A stretch of 63,977 nucleotides of DNA, filler included, from Perkinsus olseni (Eukaryota), in assembly GCA_013115125.1 (NCBI GenBank). It is 3 parts of 3 records of this genome, joined end to end, with 100 filler letters (N's around TTAATTAATTAA, not from the genome) between each part and the next. Parts side by side here need not be neighbours in the genome. Positions count along the whole stretch, not along the records: positions 23,825 to 47,517 come from JABANN010000518.1; 2 more parts are not named here. One strand, 5' to 3'. Under the pieces are notes generated by a model. It worked only from the letters and a program-made list of their open reading frames with translations, searched no databases and had not been told where the DNA came from. The position numbers were made by a program, and so were the translations under genes. Shown here in pieces: positions 24,462-36,887 of the stretch (positions are counted from its first letter, which is position 1; each line of letters starts with the position of its first letter).

Positions 24462-24788
24462 GGTTGGAAGGCTGTTAATAGGGTGCGTTGCTCTGCGTTT
24501 GGGAAGTTCGGACTCGAAGGTTACGCTGTGGCTCGTTCGAAGCTTCGTCGAGTTCGTCGAGAGTCGAGTTGGTGTGGCTCTCTGCGGGAGTGAATGAATC
24601 GTGGCGTCGTCAGGTGACGTGTGGTGAATTCACGTTCCGTGTTCGCTTGGACTTGTGGGAGGGTGAAGTTACCACTCTCGGCTTTTCTTAGACCTGCTCT
24701 TCCCCGGCGGCGTTCTCACCGGTGGTCTCGCTGATGGGGTCCGATGCGGATTCACTGCAGATTATGGTGAGGGGGGGTGGGGCAGAAA

Positions 24789-24860
24789 TAACCTCGGCGG
24801 GACTTGAACCCACAACCTTCGGCTCCGGAAACCGACGCGCTTCCATTGCGCCACGAGGTC
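24789..24860 (-). tRNA. tRNA-Arg(CCG)
   Basis: GACCTCGTGGCGCAATGGAAGCGCGTCGGTTTCCGGAGCCGAAGGTTGTGGGTTCAAGTCCCGCCGAGGTTA folds as a cloverleaf; anticodon loop TTCCGGA, T-loop TTCAAGT. Confidence 0.93.
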
Positions 24861-24967
24861 TGTGATTTGGGGCACGACATCAGGTTGACTGTCGGCATCG
24901 GAGCATTTCTCGGCATGGTGACCGAGACTTCTACGGCCATGGTGCTTACGATGACGAGGACGGCGTG

Positions 24968-26474
24968 ATGGATGAGTCAGCATCTGTTCTTGACTTCGAT
25001 CCCGATAATGATGAGCCTCTTTCTGATGAGGTGAGCCGCAAGAGACCCGATGGCACAGCGCTATTGACCGTGTTACACTTGTGGGTTTCAGAAATGCGAT
25101 GAGGTGCTGTCGGAGATCGTCAGCCGGGCGGGAAGCTCGATGGGGCATTCTCCGGCATCCTCGGCCGGTGGGTCTTGCCTAACCCGTTTCGTATCTGGCG
25201 AGCTTTAACCTAGGATTCTTTCTCAGGTTCGGAGTGGAATATCTCTGACTTTAATCCCCTCCTGGTTGAGAACCGTAGCAAATCATTGGTCGTCTTCATG
25301 CACAGTGGCATTACCGGCGAGCTTGTTTCCAAGTGCTTGCTCATCATGCAGCCCGGTCAGCTGGTTCGAGTCCCATGCGGTCAGGTTCGAGATCAGCCTG
25401 AGAGACAAGAAGTCGATTGAGCAGCTCTACACAGCCCTGGAGATCTCCTTGCAGCGAGAGTGCGGCCTGGGCTTGTCGGAGACGCACTGGGTGCATGATA
25501 ACAGAAGAATACGATGCGACAAAAGGATGCTTCTATCGGCACTGGCACCAGTAGGGGCGACCTATTTCGTATCTTTCCCTCTTCGACATAAGATTTCTTC
25601 GTTCAGGCGGGTCATTGCGAACTTCGCATGTGCACGGTCCCGAAGACTCCGCCAGCCGAGATGGACATCTACGCGTCTCGGAACTCGGAGGGAATTCGAC
25701 TGAAGTCACTGGCGCCCCACACGCTCTCTCCTGACCGAACGGCGACTCTCTACAGCAGGTCAGACCCGAACAGCGAAGTCTCACAGGCCGTCGCTCTCTC
25801 GTTGTCATCCGCGCTTGTAGCGTGTTGGGTACGATCGAGGGCTCTCGTTCTGGAGGGCGGGAGTTCGAACCTCGCGGGGGCCTTGGAAAATACTTCCAAA
25901 GTCTCTTTCAAATTTGGCTCATGTGGCCATGGTGAAGATGCCGACCTTCCGGGTCGTCGTCAATCCGCATACGAACTCCGAGCGTCCAATGAATAAGAAA
26001 TTTCCCGCGTCTTCGTGCCGCCCTATGCTGCGTTGCTCAGTGACCTCCATGCCCGTTCTCTACCTCTCAGTCCGCTGCGCCGAGGCCTCGACTACTCAGT
26101 AGTTTTGGTATCCCAGATGGACTCGGGGAATTCTTGCTGGCTCTCGGGGAAGGCACTTTTCATTGATCATAAGGAAGGCGTCATTCAGTTTACCCTCAGT
26201 GAGGCGCAAGTCAAGAGCTTGCTTCGACGGACACAGGACGGGTAAGGAAGATCTTGCAATCTTGTATTTCCTCAACGCTCTCCCTTCCAGGTTATTCGAC
26301 GTCTATCTGGTTGTCGATGGGTCACTCCGTAGCGAGAATCGCCGCACGGTTGTGGTGATCGAGAACTCAGGTGTCGTCCCCGGCAGTCGGGCCGGTGATG
26401 ATGGTGACACGGATAGCAGCTCCTGTGACTCCTCCGATGTTGCCTCTTGGGCAGAGTTCGACCCGATACTGTAG
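24968..26474 (+). CDS. Multi-exon hypothetical protein
   Basis: MDESASVLDFDPDNDEPLSDE|gtgag...ag|KCDEVLSEIVSR..., several GT-AG-bounded open segments, ending DSSDVASWAEFDPIL*. No family recognised. Confidence 0.6.
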
Positions 26475-27049
26475 CCTGTAGCACGTACATTACACAACTT
26501 TAATGAAAAATATTCCTTCTACCCCTCACTGTTTGACTTGCAATGTCCAGTGAGACGGTAGAGGCGTAGACGACCTCGGACGTTCGGGTTGACTGCGCCG
26601 CCGCCGCCGCCACGCTCAGTGTAAGCCCTCGACCTTCTGAAGGGAGGCATCGACTAGTTAAGATTATTATATTGCACTTCGCAGTTTGCTGTTGGTGTTG
26701 TTGAACTCATCTTTCATAGCTAGAGGTGTCAGAAAACCGAAATTCGCCACGTCATTCGTCGTTCACCAAGTACTGTAGTAGTCCATCATCATTCGTGTAG
26801 CATGTGGGTCTTATTATTTGTTATCATATATTTTATCGACTCACTCGAGGCTGCAGGGTCAGCCTCCCTCAGCCAAGCACGACGGTTCAGCAGCTTGAAA
26901 GCCACTCAAGTCGCGGTTACTCTTTTCGGTCCAGTCGCCATATTCCACGTGTTGGGTTGCAAGTGGGTGAAGAGAACGGCGCCTTTACCGGGAAAGGCTT
27001 TCGGAGTAGTTTTGGTATTCCTCGTCAGCTTTTGCGTCCTTCTGACTGG

Positions 27050-28387
27050 ATGGAAGACCATCAGGATTCGGCAGAGCTCAACTTCGACCCGGTGAGACTG
27101 TGGGTCCCTGTCATCGTGCTGCCGTAGAAATAGGAATTATTACCACCACTGAGAATGATCGCTTTTCGGCTGTGAGACCCTGTTTCACTTGCGACCACTG
27201 TGGACGCCTTTGATGTTTTTTCTACTTCTCCAGTCAGCGGCCGTCCAGTGTCGTCGCTGAGGGGCTTAGTCTACCTAACACGCCATACCAGTTCCTGCGG
27301 GGACTTTGATAACGTCGTTATCGTCATCAGGTGTGGCAGAAGGCGCAGTGTCTGAATATATGCGAGGTTGAGCAGCTCATACGGCAACCCTACGCCCGTC
27401 TGGTTGAATCTGGTCGTAGCAGCGCCAAGACGCAGTGCCTGGAACAGAGCTACAAGCATGCGCTCAGGTGACTACCACTGGGGCGCTCAGAACCATTGAT
27501 CTTTTGTGTGGAACTAGTATCCAGAAGCCACTCTTGCTTTACACAGAATGCCCGCGAGCTAACTCCGCTCGACTGAAGTTTTAAGGTCAATATGACCCGA
27601 AGGTCGATGCACAATCACTCGAGGCTTCCGTGTATTATCAGGTTGACTCTCACCTCGATTGACATCTCGACGACATCGTGTCGTTCATCCCCTGGTTTCG
27701 GTCCCGTTGTGCATGTTGTTACTTTAGGTTCTCTAAGATAACAGATCCCGAGGCGCTAACGGAGCTCCGTGCAGCGCTTGAGGACTGGGAGCCTCCGACT
27801 GCAGCCCAGGGAGGGAAGCTGCACAGTTTCGAGATGGTCCGATCCACAATCTTCGTATATTTCCCTTACCTATCGATAGCCCTGGTCGATGTATCTTTCA
27901 GAGAGAAAGATTGAGTTAGATCGTTATCAGTTCTTCCAGTGTTGTGGCGGGACTTCTGCGAACTTGCTCTGGCCGAGCGAGCTCTGGGATTCGAAGAGCA
28001 GCGAGGGATCTGTCGTGAAGAAGAAACTGTCGCCTTACTCTCCCGTCTATTCACGGAGCATTCAAGGATTTGTGTCTATCGTGGTTCCGTAGGATCTCTC
28101 GGAGAGAATTTATCTGTTGGGAATGAGTCGTTCAGAATATTTTCTCATAAGAATTTTTTTCAGGCTCAGTTAGTGTCATTATTACCAGAGAACGCGAACG
28201 TGGCGAAGTCTCTGATACCGAGCATGTCCAGATACAGCGACAAGTGAGGTTGTCTCTCCGGAAGATCATCGTGCGGATTGACTTTCGTTTCAGCGACCTT
28301 GATCAGCTCCTCGCCGATATCACCACGTACAAGAGCTTTGGTGGCGGCATGGGCCTCGAGGAGGACGGTCAGGACGAACTGATGTGA
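27050..28387 (+). CDS. RPB4: RNA polymerase II subunit RPB4, 5 exons
   Basis: MEDHQDSAELNFDP|VWQKAQCLNICEVEQLI...YKHALR|FSKITDPEALTELR...KLHSFEM|AQLVSLLPENANVAKSLIPSM..|DLDQLLADITTYKSF follows the Rpb4 HRDC-like pattern. Confidence 0.88.
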
Positions 28388-29139
28388 TTTCCGATAATTC
28401 CACTGTCACATTCCCACCGAGTTGTGTTGGAATGCAGTGAAGAGAAAGCAAAGGCAAGTTGTGGAAGCAGATCCTGCCGGGAGGAGAGAGAGTATCTTGA
28501 AGCTGTCCTACCCTCTACCTACTATCTGTGCTCAATAAACCCTTCTTAACTCATCCCTCTTGAAACAAGATACATCGGTGCTAGTCCGAGTAAGCCGGTT
28601 CTCGGCGTTCGACCTAAAACTCACACCAACGAAAGCGCCAGTATAGGCTTAGACTTCTGCCGATGGGCCCAGTTATTGCGGGCTTCATGCACCAACTGTT
28701 AACTATTGGGGAACTTGAGTCAATGGTTTAGTGAAACCCTGAGATCCTATCTATTTTAAACTACATTGACAAAGTCTAAAAAACCTGAAACATGCCTTGT
28801 TGAATCCAGAGTGTCAGAAGGCTCCAGGTTTCTCCCACAGCCCCGGTTTAGCTCAACAGGTGACGTAGGCTGGCACGATTGCATAACGTGGTAGACCGTG
28901 GATGCCAATGGTTGAGATACGAATTCGATCCGAGTTGGACTTGGTGTTTGATACGAGAAAGCTAACAGACCATGTTCATGGTAAACAACCAACATGTTAT
29001 CTGCATTACCAGTGTACGCCAGCAAGGACGGAGCACGCGATTCTTTGATCTCTCAGTGTGAGCTGCTCGTCTTCCTGAGCGGGGAGTGCCGTATCAATTA
29101 GTTCATCACAACTGTTGGCTTAGCTCTTACCACTCGTCA

Positions 29140-29211
29140 GGCACTTAAGCTTAGTGGTAGAGCGTCTGCTTCGTAAGTAGAAGGTCGTCAGTTCAATCCT
29201 GGCAAGTGGCT
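29140..29211 (+). tRNA. tRNA-Thr(CGT), degenerate copy, possible pseudo-tRNA
   Basis: Differs from the 32353 copy at three positions: C2>G (acceptor-stem mismatch), T8>A, and C>T in the anticodon stem (gives G-U). Confidence 0.75.
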
Positions 29212-29750
29212 TGTTCGGGTCTCACCGGACGCATCTCGTTCATCTGAGCCGGCGGATTGGCCGCCACATCCGTTAATTACTATCTTCAGTATATGGAAGG
29301 AAAATCAGCTGCGCCTAATGCACGTTCATCTCGTTAGCGAAATGATCAGCAACTCAGTCGGGGCTATTCAACGAGAGAACTCTTCTCTATATCGAGTCGT
29401 TATCAACGACCTGCTCGCCACGTGAGATATGCTGTTGGCCTTCAACTACTGCGTGCACCCCCGAGGGTGCTACGAGACGTTGAACAGACGTCGACCTCAC
29501 GGTGTGAGATTTGGCGTGCGAAAAAATGGAGACGAGACGGACAACCGCCGACAAGCCATCGCGCCGTCGCAGTGATCATTCGTTACTCTTATCCATTGTC
29601 TCGGTCCTTCACAGCATTGTCCCTCCGCAAAAAGCCGCTCACTCCTTGTACTTCGGCACCTCCTCATCTTGAAAAGCTGGTTATTCGAGTAATTGGCAAC
29701 AAGTTCGATTTGGCTGGTACGATAAACAGTTTTTACTTTCTATGTGTCCC

Positions 29751-30921
29751 ATGTGGCTCGCCGCGCTGTCCCTGAGCACAATCGGCTCAGCCAGCTCGAT
29801 CGGCTCTCTGCGTCCAAACACACCGTCCGATAGCCGTCTCGAGTTTCACAAGCTCGTCGCCTACCCATGGAATATTAGAGAGCTCCCGAGTTGTTTCAAC
29901 CCGGCATTATGCCCGACCGAGGCAAACTACACCTGGGACTATTATTTTGACCAGCTCTTCGGTCTCGGCGTCAAAAGATTCGTGTTAGGCGGATACTCCG
30001 TCACGAATAGCAGAATCAAGGTGGATCCGCCGTTTTACCGTCCCTGGAATAAATCGGCCTTTTCGGCTTTGAAAAGCAGAGTAGAATCCGAAGGCGGAAA
30101 AATACTGGCCGCCTTGGAAGTCTATGCCGACAACAATTTCAACAAGACTGCCTTCGCCGAGAGCGTTGCCGAGTTCACCAGAGACTATCCCGTCGATGGC
30201 TTCCGGGTTAGCTACTTGCCCGGGTTCCCCATCTCGCCTAGGAAGCAAATCCTCGAGGCTGTCAATGAGATGGGGATGACTTCAGCACTCTGGTGAGTTT
30301 CAGGCTCTGTTTCTCGACCTCCGGAAGCTGCTGTTTCATATGAAAGCTCCCACCTACTCAGGTTCGATCCGGTTGGTAGCACCGCCACGTTCCAACCTTC
30401 TGACTGGGAAATTGTCGCCAAGAGTGGACTTGGGAGAGTCGCGGATATCAATTTCGTTCCTCTGATGCCGATGAATAATCAAGATATAACTGTATTCAGT
30501 ACAGATCGTTTTGCCGAGAAAATCATCGCCAACGCCATTCGGGCTGGCATAAATCCCGACAGGCTCGTTTTGCACGTAAGTTTCATCTACGGTGTCTATT
30601 TGGACCTCAGCGCTTCCGAGTGCCTCTTCATGATGATAACTCAAATCCTTGACCCAGATACCGCTCCTCGCCGAATCTGTTGACGGAGAAAATGGGGTTG
30701 GCTACTCCAATGCGATATTTGACATGCGTGGCGACCCACAGGGTGATGGCTCGGTCGCCAATTTCCGCTTCTTCTCGCAGCCTCGTGCCGTCGACAAGAT
30801 TGGGTTAGCGAGGAAGAACGGACTCCGCGGTATTGCACTGCAGGCCAGTTATGATATGTCGGCAGATCTCTACCCGTGGGATCATCGCTCCCTCTGTTAC
30901 GCCCTCGCCACCAATGTCTAA
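29751..30921 (+). CDS. Secreted glycoside hydrolase family 18-like (chitinase-like) protein, 3 exons, probably non-catalytic
   Basis: Signal-like MWLAALSLSTIGSASS; KLVAY, GGKILAAL, FAESVAEFTRDYPVDGFRVSY (DxxDxDxE position degenerate), PDRLVL, KIGLARKNGLRGIAL. Introns ~30293-30361 and ~30576-30657. Confidence 0.7.
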
Positions 30922-31474
30922 CAGAGTCGCGTTACTTCGATAGCGCTACTCAATGCTAAGTTGTGTTTTTGATAAAGCATGAGGTTGTCCAGTCATGACG
31001 ATGATGAAATCCATGTTTATCGCCAAAAACAAGCGAGTCCTTACTTAGGCTTGAGTCGAGTGAATGTTCCGGTGGAATGGGAGCTCCTGAGGGGGTTTTC
31101 TTCTCATGGTCTTTGACCTAGCTCGAGGGAATATGACGAAGTTCGTTAGTGTCAACGCGAACGTCTGACCGATGATTCCCGAGGCATTCTCCCAACGCAC
31201 GCCACGCATTCTTCCACCATTATTCACAATAATCAAGAATGTGGCGGTACGAGTCAATACACGCAGGGCGGCCTATCGCCAGAAGCAGCATCTTGCGATT
31301 GCATCGTCTCCGGCACGGGCTCACTGGTGAACCAACGATTATCAGGTTCGTATACGTGCTTGACGGAGTACTAAACTCAACCCTTCCTGGTGTTGGACAA
31401 GCGTTCCTCCATGTGCTGCAAGCATGTTAATCAATCAACATGAGCATCTACATTACTCGTCTCACACAGGAGAC

Positions 31475-34400
31475 TCAGCCGGCGAGGACGGTGGAGGCGA
31501 TGGTCTGGTCCCTCACATCCTCCAGTATCACCACCACCTGAAAGGCAATCACTCCGGACGCTACGGCCTCTACGAGGACTTACTGCGCTGAGGTGGATGA
31601 TTCGAGTCTGTTCCTTCGGGTCGTGCAACAGCGGATCATTGAAGGCTCCCATGAGCAGCCCTACAAGTTGATCATGATGCAGTAGTGGCCGTCGCCGACG
31701 GCTCACCTCTAGCTGTGAGATCGAACCGCTCATAGTCAGTAGTCCTGGCGAGTTCCAACCTGAGAGAGGCGAGCGTTCTCTCACTAGAGAATCAACCCGT
31801 CTGCTATGCTATGTGCCTAGTGCTTGCTGTATACCCTATTGGATACCCCCATGCAAGTTGCGCTCTCGAGCGTTCTACCGCAGGAAGAGACATTAGCTTG
31901 AAGCTTTCAGCTTCGAAGCGAGACACTTCCAAAAAAGGTCCGGGCGAAGGTTCGCCTTCGTATCTTGTTACATCTTGTCCAACAGACGCCGTTTTCCCTT
32001 CATTTTCTGCAGTAATATTCTTCTCACACACTCGGAGTGGTCGACGAGCTCAGACTTGCTGTTCACCAGCTTGTCGGGCAGACTCAGAGAATATCTCTCA
32101 CGCGCTTCTCCCGCTCGAACTCGCGCGACACGCTGTTGTGGAGTCGCTGATTGGGGCGAGTGGAAAGAGGCAGTAATGATCCGCTTACAACGCTTGTCTC
32201 GACTTCTCGAGTGCCTCCGATGTTTCGGCGGCGACTTGGATGAACGAAGTCGCCGAGAGATGCTCGACTTCTGCGGGAAACCTGAGTGCGCAAGAGAGCA
32301 GATGCAACAGCAACCGAAAGGTGAGTGCCGTTTCGCTGAAAATGATGTAACAGCCACTTTAGCTTAGTGGTAGAGCGTCTGCTTCGTAAGCAGAAGGTCG
32401 TCAGTTCAATCCTGGCAAGTGGCTTCTTCTCTTACTCGTCTGAACCATTGTTGCCGCGGCATCGTCGTCTTTCCTTCTCTTGCTTTGCTCAAAATTACAC
32501 TCCGCCGCGCCGTCCGAGCGATGGCCACTCTCCTCCTCCTCTTCGAAATCTTCCGGATACCTCACGATTAAGCTATTCACCACACGACGTACGTCGTCAT
32601 TTCCTACTCGTCCTCTTCCTCAGCGCCTCGATCTGCTCCCACCCGCGGCATCACTTCAGCGGCCTGTTTTGGCGCCCGATCCACGTTCGGCCGATTTTCC
32701 AAACTATCCGCGAGTTTTTCGCGTTTTATGGGGGGCAAACTCACCTGAACCTAGCGCTACGACAGCAAGGCAGAGAAAATGACTCACCCGATCGGCGGAG
32801 CGACGCTTCTCCTGACTCTCGAAAACGTCGGACCTCATACTTTGGCTATCTCGAGATCGAGATTGGGAGCCGGCGACCGCCAGTGGGTCTCCTATGGACC
32901 CAATCAGGACCTGCGAGAAACGACTGTAGCTGCCCCACCGCATGGAACCTCCAGCCTACCTGATCCTCCTGAGGATTGGTGACTGGTGATGGCACGATAC
33001 TCGGCAATTTTAGCTCTTCTTTTTCGTAATACCTGGCAGTCGATGAGAGATCATAGCTCATCTGTGCGCTCCGCAGGATGAGGCACTGAGCGACGAGCCT
33101 ATCGGCACCGAGAGCGCGACTCACCGAGTCTTATTTTCCGGCATCGGCGAGAGGACGCGGCCAGTACGGCGTTGGAATGGCCGCGTCAGGGAGGACCGCG
33201 CGGAGCTGTAACAGAAACTTGATCCGTCGGAACACTCGAAGACCCTTCTTCATGGTTGCTATGATGAATCGGGTCAGGTGAAAATCGCTCACCTAGTGAG
33301 CCCGCGTATCCTAGCCACGAAGCCGCTCGGACGGCTTGGAAGTGCCGGGAGCTTCACACCGCTGCTGGAGGTTGTTTCGGCTGACAGCGAGTGAGATGAG
33401 AGATAACCGACCGGACCTCCCCAGAAAGTTAACATAGGATACTCGCGAGCGGTTCATTAGACGGGGAACTAGTTGGTTGAGCCCATCGAACGGAGGCCGT
33501 CATCTCGACAAGAACAGGTGTACCAAGACTCCAAGGTAGCTACGCACTCGCGAGCGACGAAGGCGCGATGATAATCGCGGGATATGTGATAGCGTCGATT
33601 GCCCCAGGTAAATGCTCAGTGGAGTGACAAATCACACCTTTCGTCTTCTCACCTTCCGTGCTGCGAAGTCTGTAGTCCAACTCTCGGCACTTGCCAAGTT
33701 CCTGAGGCCGCTCTAGAGTAGCCTCTCATCTTCCATGTCCGGACTCACCCGTAAAACGTAATTCCGCAGCAGCGGGGTGTTCAAGATATCATCGCAACTA
33801 GGTCGCTTCTCAGACTCTCGAGTTAGCAACATTCTCACCATGTCGCACTGACCACGGAAGTCCTCACGTTAGCGCATCTGGACGTTGACTTTCGTACCGT
33901 CTCTTTCGTATATCTCGTTCGATCGGGATCCTCGAATTTAAGGTTGAGTATTCTCACGGCCAGGTGCTGTATGTTCCTCGCGTCGAAAGGGTGCTTCAAG
34001 GTGAGCATCTCGTACAGGATGACACCTGAATAGCTGCAGCTGCACCTGGTCGATTTACAATTTTCCTAGACAGTTTTCCGGCTTTTGCCACCAACGCCCG
34101 AAAAGCAAAAGTTTGAAGATTCTTCGGCAGCTATGACGACGATCACAAGCGAGCCTAATGCTAGCGAGAGTAAGGCGTCCATCTTGATACGGCCACGCGA
34201 GCATATGCGAACTTCTGTCGAGGAAGAGCTTCGGCAAAGGGCAGTCGAATAATGATATTGAGGTGTCTTCATAGTGGGCTTACTACCCATCGACCAAACG
34301 TCGGACTTGAAGCCATACGGCTGCTCCATGATAATCTCCGGGCTGAGGTAGTATGGCGTGCCAACCTGATCGAACATAGGGGGTCGAAGCGCGGCCCAGA

Positions 34401-36187
34401 ATAGCTTGAAGGTTCTTATGAAAATGGGACTCATTCCAGGCACGCACGGCGGACCGCCAGTCACACTAACCGAGGATCGATCGCCTCTTACGCCCAGCAT
34501 CACTCACCATAGTCCGAGCAAGATCCCTTGTTTTCTCCAAGACCCTACTAATGCCGAAGTCTCCGAGCTTGACAGTCCGCTGGGGCCCATGAAGGAAGAC
34601 GTTCTGGGACTTGAGGTCTCTGAGACCCACAAGATGCTCAAAAAACCGGGATTGACGTCTGGACCGCTGATCCTATCCAGCTCCGACGAGTAGCTATGGT
34701 GAATTGTTTATGATGCAAAGATGATGCGATTAGATTCCAAAAGACAAGAGTTCGGGTGTTGTGGTCTCAATCAGCCAGTCTTTCCACAGGAGGACGCAGG
34801 ACTACCTATGGATGACCCTTTGCTTGTGAACATGGTCAATAGCTAAGCACAGCTGGGTGAACATCCTCAGGACCTCTTCCTCGGCCAGAAGGCCTCTACG
34901 GCGCTTTAGATATCTGACAGAAGCTGGATCGTGTTGTTGAGCAAGTGGAAGGTTTTCTGACACCTCTAGCTACGACATACAGTTCGCAACGAAGGAATTG
35001 CAACGTGCGGGAATGAGGCCATTATGCCACGCGGCAGCAGCAGCAGCGTCAGCTAGGGTTCGAGGCAGCACCCAGCCACGGGCTCAGCGCTGCAATTGTT
35101 CGACAACCGCCCTTCTCGCCTCACCACCACGTGATGGCATAGCGGTCTCAATTTATCACCATAATATGATAGTTCGACGACCGCCGTTGTCGCGTCATCA
35201 CGTGGCAAAGTGGCTTCATTTCCGCATTCTGCTTCCTTTTCGTTATAACAGACTTAATGTATTACGTATGTAGGTCGCCGCCATCAGCGTAACCCATAAC
35301 GATGCACATCTTCTGCCGGGGTGTTACGAAGACGTCGTGATAGGATATCTAATGTCGATGCATGCCTTTTTCAAAATAGGCGGAGCGGAGTTCATTCCTA
35401 CAATAAAGGGATGATTCATCTTCTTCAGCACCCAGGCTTCCTGACGACAGAAAGACACATAAGGAAGGTCACAGGTCGGTGGGAAGAGTGCTGAGTAGCA
35501 ACCTCTAGGCCCCCGGTTCGAACCCTTCGAGGAAGAACATTGCAATTTGCTTTGTAAAAGGGAGCAAATCAGTGTGAGTAGCACGCGAAGGGGTAGAAAG
35601 TCACGGAGATTATGGACTAGATAAAATCGGATATTTCACGAGTCAATCGTAATCATCCTACAAAGGAAAAACGCCGCTTTAACCTGTGAGCTCTCGAGTT
35701 GGGATTTCTCACCCTAAGCGCTTCCTTTCGTGGATCCTTGGTTTCGGATATTTGCCTCTCGTCGACGTCCATTTGCTTCAGTACCTTGCCATCAACCTCT
35801 AGGGCAACCGATTGTCTCAACCGTCAACGAGCAAAGCGAACCTCATCCATCTTCATCATCATACGAGCTTCCCCAAAGCTTGACTTACCCTAAGCTCCTT
35901 AGTCGGCGTGTGAAGCACTAGGTACACCTTTCCGAACGAACCGTGGCCGAGTGTGCCAACTTTCTTGTATGTCGCTTGAACGGCTTCCATCGCTTCCGCC
36001 GATGGTATTGCTACAGCAGCTGCTGCTGATACATGGTCCACTGGGCCCGATTTCTGAAGGCGCAGTTCGTAGACTTGTGTACTGTGTTGAGAGCGGCTAT
36101 TACCGCAGCCGCACGATCGTTGCTCATAATAGGGGGCAGTTTCAGCCTTTCTTTCTTCGATGGCCTCGCCCGCTGACCATCCGTCAT
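31475..36187 (-). CDS. NIMA-related (NEK) serine/threonine kinase with a long C-terminal tail, about 20 exons
   Basis: MTDGQRARP..|..[83 protein letters not shown]. In-phase GT-AG exons were traced to [20 protein letters not shown] at 31475. Confidence 0.9.
32353..32424 (+). tRNA. tRNA-Thr(CGT), antisense inside a NEK intron
   Basis: GCCACTTTAGCTTAGTGGTAGAGCGTCTGCTTCGTAAGCAGAAGGTCGTCAGTTCAATCCTGGCAAGTGGCT: perfect acceptor stem, anticodon loop TTCGTAA. Confidence 0.95.
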
Positions 36188-36384
36188 GGTCTTCGCCTTC
36201 CAGTTTTTTACTTTACTACCCGCTATGACCAAACCGTCAAGTCAAGCAAGCAGAACGACAACTGAAAGAAAAAGTGTGTTCAGCCGTTCATCTATTCACT
36301 CGACTTGACGACGATTCCATTTTTGGGCGAGCGAGATTAAACATGCGCTGTCGCCGTATGCACAATCACTGCCAGCCCCCCCCC

Positions 36385-36623
36385 TTGGGGTTAGGTTTTA
36401 TCAGTTCTGATTCTGAATCGGAGGCTCTGAGTAAAAATCAAGCAAAAAACCGCCTTTTGATTTTTGAATCACGGTCGAGATTCAACTCAAGCTCGAAGGA
36501 TTCTGATTTCGCACTCTGGAGTAAAAAATCACTGAATCACGCTGTATTACTCACTGTGTGATTTTTTTCTCTGAGTAAAAAATCTGGCTCACCCCTCGAA
36601 TCAGTATCCGCATACGGCCCCTG
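36385..36623. repeat. Short AT-rich element with an iterated CTCTG(G)AGTAAAAA(A)TC motif; possible non-autonomous DNA transposon remnant
   Basis: Motif at ~36425, ~36514 and ~36569, several GATTC/GAATC words, ends GGCCCCTG. No clean TIR pair. Confidence 0.3.
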
Positions 36624-36887
36624 ATCACGTTTCTTAGAGAGGTACCGCGTGCAAAGATTTTCCTCGCAGGCCCGTTTAAAGACGTGCTCGAGAAATTCCC
36701 TCGCAGCTTTGCACTGCGACAAGTGGGAAGCTTCTATCGGGAATAGCTAGCGCGACTACCAGCACAACAGCATGACTTGTTACAAGATCAACAAAGTTAA
36801 TGACGCCAGGAAGATAACAATGTTGCATTTCTGCCATTATCGAAGCAAGTCCATTAAAAGCATGTAAACGTATATGTATAGTCAAGA

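Noticed and set aside
25271-25292. AACCGTAGCAAATCATTGG as a spliced-leader relic
   Set aside because: Only about 8 nt match, and it coincides with an intron donor.
28756-29025. LAYTGNADNML as an RT YADD relic
   Set aside because: A single weak motif with no supporting neighbours.
32367-32982. Plus-strand ORFs 32367-32963 and 32779-32982
   Set aside because: Antisense shadows of NEK exons; the first reads through the tRNA.
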